IMG/VR virus record: IMGVR_UViG_3300045988_134073
Coordinates: 1-36,763 of that record
Source of the DNA: a virus
Length of the DNA stretch: 36,763 bases
Strand: one strand, 5' to 3'
The first letter of the stretch is position 1, and each line of letters begins with the position of its first letter. This document shows positions 14,855 through 25,700 of this stretch, piece by piece. A program made the translations under genes and the position numbers. Below the pieces are notes generated by a model. That model saw only the letters and a program-made list of their open reading frames with translations. It ran no database searches and was not told the DNA's origin.

Positions 14855-15037
14855 TTAGAAGGGTTGGCGAAGCATATTATCAAGCAACTCTTGAGCAAAC
14901 CACCTTAGTTGTGGATAACCATTGGGGAAACTCTTGTTGTAATTTCTGATAGCTTCTAACAGTTCGTACTCATCTTCGGAAACTGTTACTTTGTAAGTCT
15001 TTGTTCTCATATTCATTACTTTCTTAATACAACACAA
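14855..15037 (-). CDS. Small hypothetical protein
   Basis: 60-aa ORF. The start is ambiguous (M1, M8 or M10). AT-rich. Confidence 0.4.
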   Translation of the reverse strand: MCCIKKVMNMRTKTYKVTVSEDEYELLEAIRNYNKSFPNGYPQLRWFAQELLDNMLRQPF

Positions 15038-15075
15038 AGATACTACATTATTTTGTACTATCCAAATAAAACGCC

Positions 15076-16092
15076 TTATAAATTAAGTTTTTCTTTAATC
15101 TTATTCAGTAGTTGTTTGTCTTCTTTACTCATGAGACCGTCATTGTTGGCAGTTGCGGTGGGTATGGGGTCTGTATATTTCTGATTGAACGACAAATCGA
15201 ATTGGCGTAATACATATTTATTCTCTCCGCTATCCCATTGTAATCTATCACCGAAAAGACAACTCCAATCTTCTGCATGACTGATTTCTTGGCGAGTGCC
15301 ATCAGTAAAATAAATAGCACGTTGAAAGACCTTTGATTTGTTGAAAATAATTTGTCTTGCATAATCATTTTCAACATTTTGCATCATTGTAATACTCATT
15401 GCTCCGTTTGCATACGTGCAATGCACGTGTACAATATTGGAGTTGCCTGATATTTCAATATCTTTAAGCGCATCAAGAGCTGCTTCCTCTGATTCAAAGT
15501 TTCCGAGGTCACGCGCATAAGCCGTTAAATTATCAAGATTAGTCTTATCCTCTGCTGTCATTACCCCTGCCTTTGCAGTGGTGGCCTTAGTGATTACAAG
15601 TTGTTTGTTGCCACTTCCCGCAAAGTTTGTGTAGTTGACAATCACCTTGTCTGTAGTACTCTGCCCTTCTGCAAGATTGTGATTTAAGATGCGAGCAAAC
15701 ACATACTTATCCATCAGTCCGTCTTGGTTACGGTTTACCAAATGGCATAACAATACTTGGCTATAATTGGTTTGTTCGGTGTCGTTGGCTGCGCCCCAGT
15801 GCTTAAATCGGAGGAACAAGTTACGGTCAGTGTGCGTGTACGTCCATATCTTGCCACTCAATGCCGTGTGCATTTCATCACTGCTTGCCGAATAAATGTA
15901 GTTCTTAGTTGTTCCATTCGCAGAAGTCTGCATAGTGGGTACATTTAATGCCGTGAGCAATTGTTGTAGCGTGATAGTTTGTGCATTGTCTGTTCTTGAT
16001 TTCCCAGCAACGATCAATCGCACGTCCAATCCGCTCACACTCGCTGCTGCTTGCAACTCGGCTAATGCTTCTGAAAGTTTTTTTGTTGCCAT
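15076..16092 (-). CDS. Tail-fibre-associated or receptor-binding accessory protein
   Basis: 338 aa. Contains repeated G(L/V)M(S/T).EDK..L(D/N) motifs (AGVMTAEDKTNLDNL, DGLMSKEDKQLLNKI), as seen in phage fibre proteins. AT-rich. Confidence 0.5.
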   Translation of the reverse strand: MATKKLSEALAELQAAASVSGLDVRLIVAGKSRTDNAQTITLQQLLTALNVPTMQTSANGTTKNYIYSASSDEMHTALSGKIWTYTHTDRNLFLRFKHWGAANDTEQTNYSQVLLCHLVNRNQDGLMDKYVFARILNHNLAEGQSTTDKVIVNYTNFAGSGNKQLVITKATTAKAGVMTAEDKTNLDNLTAYARDLGNFESEEAALDALKDIEISGNSNIVHVHCTYANGAMSITMMQNVENDYARQIIFNKSKVFQRAIYFTDGTRQEISHAEDWSCLFGDRLQWDSGENKYVLRQFDLSFNQKYTDPIPTATANNDGLMSKEDKQLLNKIKEKLNL

Positions 16093-16140
16093 GTTATTTG
16101 TTTTTTAGAGGTTTTTGCAATGGTTGTTAATTATTAGGTC

Positions 16141-19100
16141 TTATAAGGGAGGCCCGATTTCTGCCTTATATGTGAACCCAGTACCAGGGTTTAGCGTACC
16201 AGCAAATTTAAAATTGTCTACTTTTAATTCGTCTACTGCACCGTCATATTGCCAATAGAATTGTCCGTCAGTCCCGACACACATGGTCAATGCTACCAGA
16301 CCTTTTGCGAGCGTTAACTTTGCCTTGAAATCAGTTTCCCCAGTCTTAAAGAAACGGCCATAAAGGGCTATTTCGTAACTTCCGACATTATTGTAGATGA
16401 CTAATTTGCAACCGATGAGAGCGAGTGCTTGCTGAATGTCTTCGTCCTTACTGCCATAAGGTGGTAACTTCCAACATCGATAATTTTTTGTTACTTTAAT
16501 CTTCGTATCAGCGGTGCTTTCGTCGACCGTTACCGTTTCGGGTAATGAGTTAACATTGATAATGGTTGATAGATTAGGGATAATGGGGTATGCGTACTTT
16601 GTATAGGCTTTAGCTGTTGTCGTGCCTGTAACATCAAACGTTCTTAACTCGAGATAGTTTTCACAGTTAGTAGTATCTATAGTAGTTACCGAGTTAAGCT
16701 GCATACCCGTTGTAATGCCGTTAAATACACCTTGGTCAGCATATATTGTGCCTTTGAAGTAGTATTGTTGGTGTACTGGGTCGATTGCGACTTTCAGTAT
16801 GTTGTGGTCTAATGCGTACATACCAACGACTGTATTGCCCCCTATCTGCAATCCGTTAGACGACATCATGCACCCTGTGTAAGTGCCGTCAATCTCTTTT
16901 CGGCCGAAGAACGCGTTGCCACTTGCTATGTAATTGTCACCGCTCATGGTATAGCCGTTGAAGGCTTTCATCCAGTCGGGCAAAGAGACGGCTTTCTTGT
17001 CCATTTCGTTTAAGCACCAATCGGAAGCGTTTTTGCCTACTTCGAGTTTTACTTGATTGATAGCGATGAAGTCACCGCTTGTGCCTATTGTTGCTCTGAA
17101 TAGTAAGAGCGGACTGGAGTAAGAGCCGTCAGCGCGGACGCGGAATGTGTAGATATGGCGCACCCATTCTGCGGTTAGCTCCCATGTATGGCTTCCGTCA
17201 TTCTTAAATGCAGTTTCCTTCACTCCGTCAGCCATTGGCATATCTGCGCTTGCATCAGACAAGACGCGTCCTCCATAATCATATACGTATGTGTTGAGAC
17301 TACCCGAGCCGCGTGCGTAGAAAGAAAGCGTGTACCATTGCCCCGAATTGATTGTTGAGCCTAACGATTGCGAATAAAAGTCAAACTCGCGTTCGCTGCT
17401 TCGCCATGCGCACAAAGAGTTAATGCCGCAGAACGTATCCATGTTGGACGGTGTCGCCATGCGAATGAGCTGCGCATCATTCTGAATGTAGCCGTCAGCG
17501 GTTAATGCTGAGCCACCGCCGTATGGCCTACCCAAAGTGACCATTGAGATGTCTGCTTGCGCTCCACTTGACAATCGTACGAGTACATACTTTGTGCCGC
17601 TCAGGCTTGACTTTGTGGCGAATGCGATGTAATGTCGTTGCCATGTTGAGGTCAACGCAAATGCGGCACTTGCGTCGTCACTTGGAGAGCCTCCTGCCTT
17701 TCCGTCAACGTAGATAGTTTGCTCGTTCGTGTCGGGGTAACAATATACGGTAGCAGTACCAGAGCCACGCATTGTAATGCCTATAACGTACCACGTCTGA
17801 GGGCCAATCAACTTTGTTACATCGTATTGGAATATGTCCGTCTGTGTTGAGACAGAAGCTGAGAGCATATCCGTATCGCCCACCGCTGCACCTTCATTCA
17901 GAGTGCCGCTAATCGTGGCGAGCGAGGAGCGGAAATTGAGCCACGTGCCAGCATAGTTCTCCGCCTTTGGCGCGAAGTCGGTATGCACGAGTAAGTTGTT
18001 ATGCAGGCTTGTCCCGTCAGCTCCGTCTTTGCCGTTCGTACCGTCCTTACCATTCCAAACGACAGGAATACTTTTTTGTGCTACTTCGACTTCGTTAACG
18101 AATAACTTAAACTCAATACATGTCGCGTGTAGATAATCAATCGTTACCGTATCTCCTGTGCCTTCTTTTTGTATCGTAGTACCGTCTCTGCTATAAATGG
18201 CCCACTTCATTATCCCCCCTGGAAACTTCGTTGATTTTAATCCTTGCGTTCGGTAGGCTTCAACGGTAATCGTCTTTTGGCTATAAGAGGGCATGGTAGT
18301 GCCTTGTTGTGTTCGCGATATTGACCCAACGGGAGCGAGAATGTAATAGGCTGCACCGTCATCGCCTTTTGGACCGATAGGGCCTTGTAATCCTTGGTCG
18401 CCCTTCTCTCCCTTATCGCCTTTATCACCCTGGATTCCTTGGTCGCCCTTATCGCCCTTATCGCCTTTATCGCCTTGGTTCCCTTGGTCGCCCTTATCGC
18501 CCTTTTCGCCTTGGCTGCCTGGGTCGCCTTTATCGCCCTTAGCACCGTCCTTCCCGTCAACGCCATTAATACCGTCCTTCCCAACGAAGCCAATTAACTC
18601 TGTAGTCTCAGTGCCGTCGGGATAAAATGTGCGTTTCCAAATGTACTTACCTTGCGCCACGTCAGTAGGGAACGTACTACTCCAATCATGATTAGGCGCG
18701 CTCGTCCCATTATCACTAACGGCCCATTTGTAGGTCGTTTGGCTCTGTGGCCCCCATTTGATCGTGACATTGTTCCCTATTGTAACGTTACCTTTGCCGT
18801 CGTATTCGATAGCCCCTTGTCCGAGTTCGAACGAGCCGTCAGGGTTGAGGCTGTAGTGAGTGGTCTGGCCGTCGGGTGAGAGGGAAATGATTTGCCCATT
18901 CTTGGCGTAAAGGCCAAAGCCACCCGTGGGGAGGTAACCACCGAGGCGACAAGCGAGACAACCGACAAAGCTCTTGGTGGTGATACCCGTGAGTAAGTCG
19001 ATAGCAGGTTGGCCCGTTCCGTTGGCGTGAATGTAAATGGCGCTTTGACGTGTGGGGTCGGTAGCGTTGCCGTATTGTACCAACTCGTCGCCTACTTCGG

Positions 19101-20187
19101 GGAACACCATTAATCCTGCAGTGGTGGGGTTGCTATTGTCGGCAAGGAGCATGGACGTGCCGTCGTCGGCAGTAATGAGGGCGGTACGGTCGTCTGTTAC
19201 GAGTTGGGCTACTTGTGCGGTGACTTCTTGCACGTGGTCGTAAGCGTTGACCTCTCCTGCCTGAGGTTCGACAATGGCGGCGTCGAACTCCGACCTATTA
19301 ATGGCCAACACATTGTCGTGGCCGCCAGCTGTGCTGCCTATGAAGCTAACTCTGACCCAATAGCCGCGAGCGCCATTCGTTGTCCAACGTTGGCAGCGTA
19401 TGAAGTCGTTAGCTTGGAAGCCTCCGTAGCCGTGTGTGTCGTCCCCCTCTAATACTAAGTAATAGTTCGTAGCGTCCCCGTCCACACTCTTCACGCGGCC
19501 GCATGCTTGACTGATCCCCAGCGCGCCACAAATGGCACGTATCTTTTCGATGACGAGTTCAAAGGCCGTGAGCCTTCCGCGAATGCGGAGGTTGTCAGCC
19601 TCCACGTAAGTTTTACCGTCCGCGGCCGTTTGTGCAGCCCACCCACTGCCCGCGAAGCCATTGCTCGCGAAGTCGGGGCTTTGTGCTGAGGCTTCGAAGT
19701 TGGTAGCCTTGCGGAAGGTGACGCTCCCCTCGGCCGTGTCGTCGTGTTGGCGGCTTAGGTAACGCTCGTCAGCTGTACCCCATTGCGTAAGGTCGTCGGC
19801 CGTGGCGGCATGAGTGGCTTCGGCTGCATGATCGGCTTCTGTGGCATGGGCCGCGTTGTCAGCATTCGTGGCGCGGTCGGCCGTGGTGGCGTGGTTGGCT
19901 GAGGTAGCCTCATCGGCAAATCCCGCCTTCACCTTTGTGCGGACGATTCCGCCCGTGTCGGTGTCGGTACTATCAAGATAGAGGTAGCCGTCGGCAGGAG
20001 TGGCGTCCAACTGATTAAGCGTGTCGAGGTTGGCGTGTGTGTGCGCATCGGCCGACGAAGTACTGCCGCCGCTGATGTAAGCACCTCCACCGCCACTGCT
20101 GCTTGTGGCTGCGGCCTCAGCGTTATTGCCTTTGCGCGCTTTGCGTGGCGTGGCTGTAACGTATCGTGTTTTAACTTTATAGTCCAT
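16141..20187 (-). CDS. Tail fibre / host-specificity protein with collagen-like domain
   Basis: 1348 aa. About 75 residues of Gly-X-Y repeat (GKDGINGVDG...GDKGDKGDQG...) and an N-terminal HAT.AD low-complexity repeat. Confidence 0.8.
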   Translation of the reverse strand: MDYKVKTRYVTATPRKARKGNNAEAAATSSSGGGGAYISGGSTSSADAHTHANLDTLNQLDATPADGYLYLDSTDTDTGGIVRTKVKAGFADEATSANHATTADRATNADNAAHATEADHAAEATHAATADDLTQWGTADERYLSRQHDDTAEGSVTFRKATNFEASAQSPDFASNGFAGSGWAAQTAADGKTYVEADNLRIRGRLTAFELVIEKIRAICGALGISQACGRVKSVDGDATNYYLVLEGDDTHGYGGFQANDFIRCQRWTTNGARGYWVRVSFIGSTAGGHDNVLAINRSEFDAAIVEPQAGEVNAYDHVQEVTAQVAQLVTDDRTALITADDGTSMLLADNSNPTTAGLMVFPEVGDELVQYGNATDPTRQSAIYIHANGTGQPAIDLLTGITTKSFVGCLACRLGGYLPTGGFGLYAKNGQIISLSPDGQTTHYSLNPDGSFELGQGAIEYDGKGNVTIGNNVTIKWGPQSQTTYKWAVSDNGTSAPNHDWSSTFPTDVAQGKYIWKRTFYPDGTETTELIGFVGKDGINGVDGKDGAKGDKGDPGSQGEKGDKGDQGNQGDKGDKGDKGDQGIQGDKGDKGEKGDQGLQGPIGPKGDDGAAYYILAPVGSISRTQQGTTMPSYSQKTITVEAYRTQGLKSTKFPGGIMKWAIYSRDGTTIQKEGTGDTVTIDYLHATCIEFKLFVNEVEVAQKSIPVVWNGKDGTNGKDGADGTSLHNNLLVHTDFAPKAENYAGTWLNFRSSLATISGTLNEGAAVGDTDMLSASVSTQTDIFQYDVTKLIGPQTWYVIGITMRGSGTATVYCYPDTNEQTIYVDGKAGGSPSDDASAAFALTSTWQRHYIAFATKSSLSGTKYVLVRLSSGAQADISMVTLGRPYGGGSALTADGYIQNDAQLIRMATPSNMDTFCGINSLCAWRSSEREFDFYSQSLGSTINSGQWYTLSFYARGSGSLNTYVYDYGGRVLSDASADMPMADGVKETAFKNDGSHTWELTAEWVRHIYTFRVRADGSYSSPLLLFRATIGTSGDFIAINQVKLEVGKNASDWCLNEMDKKAVSLPDWMKAFNGYTMSGDNYIASGNAFFGRKEIDGTYTGCMMSSNGLQIGGNTVVGMYALDHNILKVAIDPVHQQYYFKGTIYADQGVFNGITTGMQLNSVTTIDTTNCENYLELRTFDVTGTTTAKAYTKYAYPIIPNLSTIINVNSLPETVTVDESTADTKIKVTKNYRCWKLPPYGSKDEDIQQALALIGCKLVIYNNVGSYEIALYGRFFKTGETDFKAKLTLAKGLVALTMCVGTDGQFYWQYDGAVDELKVDNFKFAGTLNPGTGFTYKAEIGPPL
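18355..18585 (-). repeat. Collagen-like Gly-X-Y coding repeat
   Basis: 9-nt periodic DNA (ggcgataag-type units) encoding GDKGDKGDQG. Confidence 0.9.
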
Positions 20188-20201
20188 AGCCTTAGTTGTA
20201 G

Positions 20202-22583
20202 TTATTTAATGATTTCTTTGTTCCACTCTTCGGGTTCGAGCCTTACAAATTTAATATTACTCGTGCCGTCGTAGGCGTTGAGCACCTCACTTTTTATCAT
20301 AAAGAGGTCAGCACTCGGCATCGCGCGGTCGGTGAAGAGCTGCAACGGTGATAGCGGGGTGATAGCTTCTCCTTCAAGTGTAGGTACGCGGTGGCCATAC
20401 TGACTGAAAAGGAGGCCTAACAAGTCGTACTCAATCAGCCAAGGCGCAGACGTGTTGGTGCGACGCAGGAAACATCGTTGGGGTATTTCCGTCTGACCAA
20501 AGACAGGAGAAGAAGAATACCAAGTCTTGTAAGCGCCTCGTGCCGTTACCCCCAAGTCGCTCCCAAAGGCCGTGCCGCAAATGGTGTCAATCTTTATTTC
20601 GTCCTTTGCGCTCGCGTTCACCCATGCGCTGTATTCGGCATCACTCTTCTCCACCGCCTCAGCGATGAGGCCTTGTACGATCTCCAACTTGGGGAACTTG
20701 TAAAGCCACCACCGTTGCGACCAGTTCATGCGTTGGCCCCCTTTAGAGGTTTGCGTGCTAATACACACGTCGCGCAGTCCGTTAGGGTCGGGCAACGACT
20801 TGTCGAGTTGGCACGTCTGAGGATTGGTAATGGGGTATTCCTTCCCCTTTCCGTCCTTATCGTCGAATATGATGCACCCCGTATAAATGGTTAACTCTAA
20901 GTACCCCGCAGTGTTCGGCAGAGGAATGATTTCGCCCTCCGTGGCGTATTGTTCTATAGATCGTTCGTGGCCAAGGGTGTGTGTATGGTTCTTTGACCAC
21001 CCTTGAATGCCGCTCTCCTCCTTTATGCTATCACTCTTAGAGTTGGCATAGTAGAGGAGGTAAGAGGGAGCATGGGTGAAGTATTTCGTATCGTCGTATT
21101 CAACCGCAACCCAATGCCCCTCGTTATTGGTGCCAGCTCCTTTGGCCTGATATTGCGCCACGGCCTTTCCATTGCCGTCAAACAAGACGAGCGAGAAGGG
21201 AATGTAGCAGTAAGCCTCGCGCACCTTACACCAATTAAAGTTGTCCTTTTCGTTCCCTTCGTCCTCAGCATCGGCAAAGGGGTTGAGGCGAGGGTCTATC
21301 ATCATCTCCATAGTGAGGTGAATGTAAGAGCGCATCACATCTTCCGACACTTGATTTTGGGCCGCAGGGCAGTACACACGAGGAAAGCGCATCAGCACTT
21401 CGTCCGACGTACCCGATAGGTCGTTGAAGGCACGCGTAATGACGTTTTCGCTTGTGTTAGCTTCGACATAGGCATAATGGGCGTATCTCCCCAAAGGCGA
21501 TTGTTGCCCATTAAGCGTGAGGTTATTGCGCGGCCAGCAATTCGTTAAAGCCAGCCACGCAAGGCCCTCACACGCTGCGCCCCCCGTACCCGTCTTCACC
21601 ATTTTGAAGTAATGCGCATCGGGGTGCTTTTGCGTAAGGCCAGTGGCAGCACTATCGGCAGCAGAATGGAAGAAACGACTTATCTCGTATGTTTTGAACC
21701 CAGGGCCAAACATGTTAAACACGCTGCCCACCTCTGTCAGTCGGTCTTGTTTTATGGTCACGCTGTTGCCGCTCAGCAGGTCGCCACCCGTGTAGGGCGA
21801 GAACTTAACGACGGCCGCTTGCGCCAACTTATCTACCGACAGCGTTTGCTCCGTAGCGTCCCACGTGATTCCTTCTACCTTGGGTGGATTATTGCGCAGC
21901 GCATTCAAGTCGTACACCATGATCTTGCCCGCACGCTGCACGATGCGCAAGGCAAGCGGTTGCAGCACACCGTTAAGTACTTCGTCAAGCGTTGAGGCTT
22001 CACCGTCCTCATCGTAGAAGTTGGCAGCATCAACGTATAGGCGTGTAAGGTCACAATGCTCCCATAGCACGCTGTCGTTCATCTCTAACGACGTAAACAC
22101 CTCTACTGGCACTGCGCTGAGGCCCACCTGTTCAAGGCAATAGTCGATGTAGTGGCGCACTGACTTAATGCCCCCCGCTTCGCCATACTTTAGGCGCTGC
22201 ATGTGGCCGAAGTCAGTAAAGGTGAGTGTGACGGTGTAGTCCTTCTCCGACTGGTAAGGCTCTTCGTACGTTTCGCAGTCGAGGCCACCCACCCAAAAGA
22301 GCGCATCGTCAAGGTAGACGTGCGCCATGACGTTGCCTGGGCTGATTTGGAAGAGGTCCGTAAACGTGCGGTCGGCTGGACTCACGATGTTGATCGTGAG
22401 CGTTGCGCCACAAGTGGTTTCGTACTTCTCGCGCTCCTCCCATTCCAATTCAAGAGGAGAGTCGGCATCAAACGTGAGGCTACCAACGGTAGAGAAAGGC
22501 ACATTGTTCGCTTCCCATATTTCGACCCTCCACGTTTGGGCCTTGCAGTTAACAAAACTGCCAGCGTATCTTTTATGCAACAT
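20202..22583 (-). CDS. Tail tip / distal tail protein
   Basis: About 793 aa directly after the tape measure gene. Start trimmed to MLHKRYAG because the upstream part of the ORF reads through a zipper repeat. Confidence 0.6.
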   Translation of the reverse strand: MLHKRYAGSFVNCKAQTWRVEIWEANNVPFSTVGSLTFDADSPLELEWEEREKYETTCGATLTINIVSPADRTFTDLFQISPGNVMAHVYLDDALFWVGGLDCETYEEPYQSEKDYTVTLTFTDFGHMQRLKYGEAGGIKSVRHYIDYCLEQVGLSAVPVEVFTSLEMNDSVLWEHCDLTRLYVDAANFYDEDGEASTLDEVLNGVLQPLALRIVQRAGKIMVYDLNALRNNPPKVEGITWDATEQTLSVDKLAQAAVVKFSPYTGGDLLSGNSVTIKQDRLTEVGSVFNMFGPGFKTYEISRFFHSAADSAATGLTQKHPDAHYFKMVKTGTGGAACEGLAWLALTNCWPRNNLTLNGQQSPLGRYAHYAYVEANTSENVITRAFNDLSGTSDEVLMRFPRVYCPAAQNQVSEDVMRSYIHLTMEMMIDPRLNPFADAEDEGNEKDNFNWCKVREAYCYIPFSLVLFDGNGKAVAQYQAKGAGTNNEGHWVAVEYDDTKYFTHAPSYLLYYANSKSDSIKEESGIQGWSKNHTHTLGHERSIEQYATEGEIIPLPNTAGYLELTIYTGCIIFDDKDGKGKEYPITNPQTCQLDKSLPDPNGLRDVCISTQTSKGGQRMNWSQRWWLYKFPKLEIVQGLIAEAVEKSDAEYSAWVNASAKDEIKIDTICGTAFGSDLGVTARGAYKTWYSSSPVFGQTEIPQRCFLRRTNTSAPWLIEYDLLGLLFSQYGHRVPTLEGEAITPLSPLQLFTDRAMPSADLFMIKSEVLNAYDGTSNIKFVRLEPEEWNKEIIK

Positions 22584-22596
22584 AGTATGTTTTTTT

Positions 22597-22734
22597 AATG
22601 TGCAAATGTGCGAATGTGCAAATGCGTGGTTAATGTGCAAATGTGCGAATGTGCAAATGATTGAATAATGTTTTAACTACTCAGCGTGCAAAGGCGACCA
22701 TTCGCACATTTGCACATTCTCACATTTGCACATT
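22597..22734. repeat. Zipper hairpin R4 (gc(a/g)aatgt arrays, core inverted)
   Basis: Left arm 22597-22659, core 22660-22699, right arm 22700-22734. The core is the reverse complement of the R3/R9 core with 2 mismatches. Confidence 0.9.
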
Positions 22735-22738
22735 AACT

Positions 22739-25700
22739 CTATGCTCTTGAAGTAATTTTGTTTCGTTTATCGCTAATGAGTTGCAAGTCGCGTCCGCTGA
22801 TGCGTCCACTCACATTCACGTCGACGCGCTGCGCACCAAAGCTGTTGCGTAAAGCCGCGAGGTTGAGGCTCGGCACCATGCTTGAAGGAGTAGTGTACTG
22901 CGGCGCTGAGGCCAAAGGCGCTTGCACCATGCGCCAAAGCTGCAACTGTTGGCGGCGGTTGATGATCATCTCGCCCGAATTGACATTTGCTGTCAATCGG
23001 TCGCCCGAATAGCTTCCCCCTGGAATGATACCACCATGCGCGTAGCTGCCGCTCGTGGCCGACTTGACAGAGGCTATCATCGTCAGCAACGTAGCCAATC
23101 CCGTAGCGGCAAAGGCTATCCACCCAAAGGGCGTAAGTTTACTTGCATCTTTCGAAGCCTCAGCGTATCCCAACACCATAGTGGCAATAGATTGCGCTAT
23201 CACCCCCGCAATGTTGAGCGCAGGCGCTTGCACCTGAGAGCCTAATTGCGCGATGCTGCTGCCCAACTGCTGAATGCTCTGTGCGCCCTCACGCATCTTG
23301 CCCGTACCCTTTTCGACGCTCTTCGTGTCAAAGTCCACGGTGATAGGCTTCAACTTCAGCGACGACAACACCTTGTTGATGTCGTCCACCTGCTTTTGCG
23401 CCTCTTCCTTACTGATGAGGCCAATGTCGTAGTCATTCTTGATACGTGACGTTTTCGCCTGTGCGTTGGCATACGACTTGCGCTTATCGCCTACAGAGCC
23501 GCGCTGCGTGTACTGCGGTTCTACTTCCGCCTCAATGGTGAGTCGTCCGTTCGTCGCCTCATTGATTTGCGCTTGCAGCGCGTCCACCTTCGTCATGGCT
23601 GCTACTTTCGCCTCCACGGTCACGGCATTGTCGAAGTCCGTTTGAGCCGCGCGTAGTTGGTCCTGCAAAGCCTCAAGCGCAGTTTTTACCTCTGGCGCGT
23701 CAGGCTTCTCAATTCCCACCTTCACGGCCAACTCCTTGCGCTCTCCCTCCAACCGTGTAGCCTCAGCCATAGCCTTCTTCGCAGCATCGAGGTTGTTAGT
23801 GCTTTGTGCCAGTTCCTTCTGCTTGCTTATCTCCTTGTCGTACCATTCAAGGCTCTTCTCGTCGTAGGTGGGAGTGGTAGGGGTAGGGGTGGAGGCGTGA
23901 GGATGCCCTGTTCCGCCACTTGTGTTAGGTTTAGCCAAAGTAGGTTGTCCCTTCCCATAGCCGCCATTTGCCGCGATATGATTATAATTGCGTTTTTGCG
24001 AAGTGGTGAGCGAGCCGAATATAGCACTAACCAAGTCCTCTTGTTCTTTAATCTCTTCACCCTTTTTAGCTGCAAGTCCTGTAGCCATATTGTAGGCCGT
24101 CACTTTGTTAAGCGTGTTAGCCGTCTCTGCGTTAGCCGCTTGTTGGTTCTTCTGCGTGTCGCGTACATAGTTAAAGTTAAGCGACCCATTTTGTTTTACC
24201 GCATCAGCGGCTGCGGCAGGGCGTTCCACGTTTTGACGTGCCAACGTTACGGGGTTGCGCAATTCGTTAGCTCCTTGCCCATTGTGCGTCCGTCTTAGTT
24301 CGGTGTCAACATCGTTAGCCTGCTTTTCATACTTTTGCTTTTCAATTCTAAGCTTTATGATGTTGGTGTAAACCTTCTTTACCTCGTCAAAGGCCGCCTC
24401 AGCCATAGCGAGGTCTTGCAACTTTTGTATGTACTTTTCAACTGCAGCCGCATTGCGTTCAAAGATTGTGCCGTCCTTTTGTATCTGTGCTTGATAGCCA
24501 GGCACGATGCTCTGTAGTTTCTTAATAGCTGCCATACGGTCGGCATATATGGCATTACTATCGTGAATAACTGCTGTCAGCGTACGTACTTTGCTAATTT
24601 CGTCGGCATAGTGTGTAGCAGCCTCTTCTTGTACGTTTTGAACCGCACTTTTAATTTTATCGGCTTGGGTTGTAGCCTCAGCATTATCATTTAGAGCCTC
24701 AGTATTATCTTTCACTGACTTTGTTGAGCTATCAAAGTAGTTAACAAGTTTCTCTATGGCGAAGCCCAAGGCCGCAATGGCGACACCGATAACCGTAGAG
24801 GCCATGAAGCCGCGCACGGCCATTTTGGCTGTAGTAGAAGCAACGGCAACAGTGCGGAAAGATGCTGCCAACGAAATGTTTTGCGCTCGGCTCACTCTAA
24901 CCGCTGCAGTGCATAAGTTCATGGTCGCACGCAACCCAATATAGGCGATGCGCATTTGCTTTATGGATAAGGTCAAAGCCTTTGTAACCCCAACAGCTTT
25001 GCCAAAAGCAACTATAGCCAAAAGTGCTTTGTGAGCCGATGAAGCCAGCACTACAAACGATGAGGCCATACTCAAGTAAGGCTGCACTTGGTTAGCCACT
25101 TCGCCCATTTTGACCTTTATGCCGGCCAACTTGTTTTGGAATTGCTTCATCGCCCCCGCAGCCGTGTCGCCTAAAGCCGCGTTCATGTGGCCAACGTTGT
25201 TTGTTACCACTTCGGCCAACATTGCAGCGCGCTCTTGCTCCGTACCCATTTTAAGCACACGCTCTTGTGCTTCTGTGAAGGTTATGCCCACGCGCTTTAA
25301 GGCCGAGGTCTGTCCTTGCATCACCTTTCCAAACAAATTGCCAATGTTTTGTGCATCTTGTTCCGTGGCAGCCAGTCCTTTTTGTTGTGCAACGAGGTCG
25401 TTAATGGCAGGTATAAGTGTAACGAGCGCGTCTCTTTGTGTCAAGAACGTTGCCACCTGTTGCGCTCCCGCCTTTTGTACACTGCCGCCCAGAATGCCCA
25501 ATTGCGTTTGTGCCTTAATGGTAGCTTGCACGGCCGCAATGTCGGCCGAGGAGGCTTTCATGCGTTCTTCCATTACCGTCTTCAACCTTTGGTTGGCTAC
25601 CTCAACGTTTTGGAAACTGCCAGCTAACGAAGATAAGGCTGCGTTTAATCCGTTAGAAGCTTCTTTAATGTTATTCCAAACGCTGAAAGCTTGATTAAGT

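Noticed and set aside
18237-18597. ORFs on alternate frames or strands within the collagen-like repeat (118 aa minus, 67 aa plus).
   Set aside because: Low-complexity periodic DNA keeps all frames open. The long Gly-X-Y frame is continuous with the 1348-aa fibre.
16141-20187. A diversity-generating retroelement targeting the fibre C-terminus.
   Set aside because: No reverse-transcriptase ORF (no YxDD-type motif) is present in the window, and I saw no template/variable repeat pair.
22327-22668. ORFs that read through zipper arrays. Examples are ...MCECANAWLMCKCANVQMIE, 30137-30487 (MNKLIKLTKLIKLIKL...), 28402-28740, and the N-terminal extensions of 20202-22640, 32727-33197 and 28194-28688.
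   Set aside because: Their periodic peptides only mirror the 7-9-nt DNA repeats. The repeats appear as inverted arrays on both strands, and better internal ATG starts lie right after the arrays.
22758-25694. Many plus-strand and off-frame ORFs (up to 213 aa) inside the tape measure gene. Similar antisense ORFs occur inside terL, integrase, the fibre, capsid and portal genes.
   Set aside because: They are antisense or shadow ORFs of long, GC-balanced genes, with L/V/A/R/S-rich implausible compositions and no independent signals.
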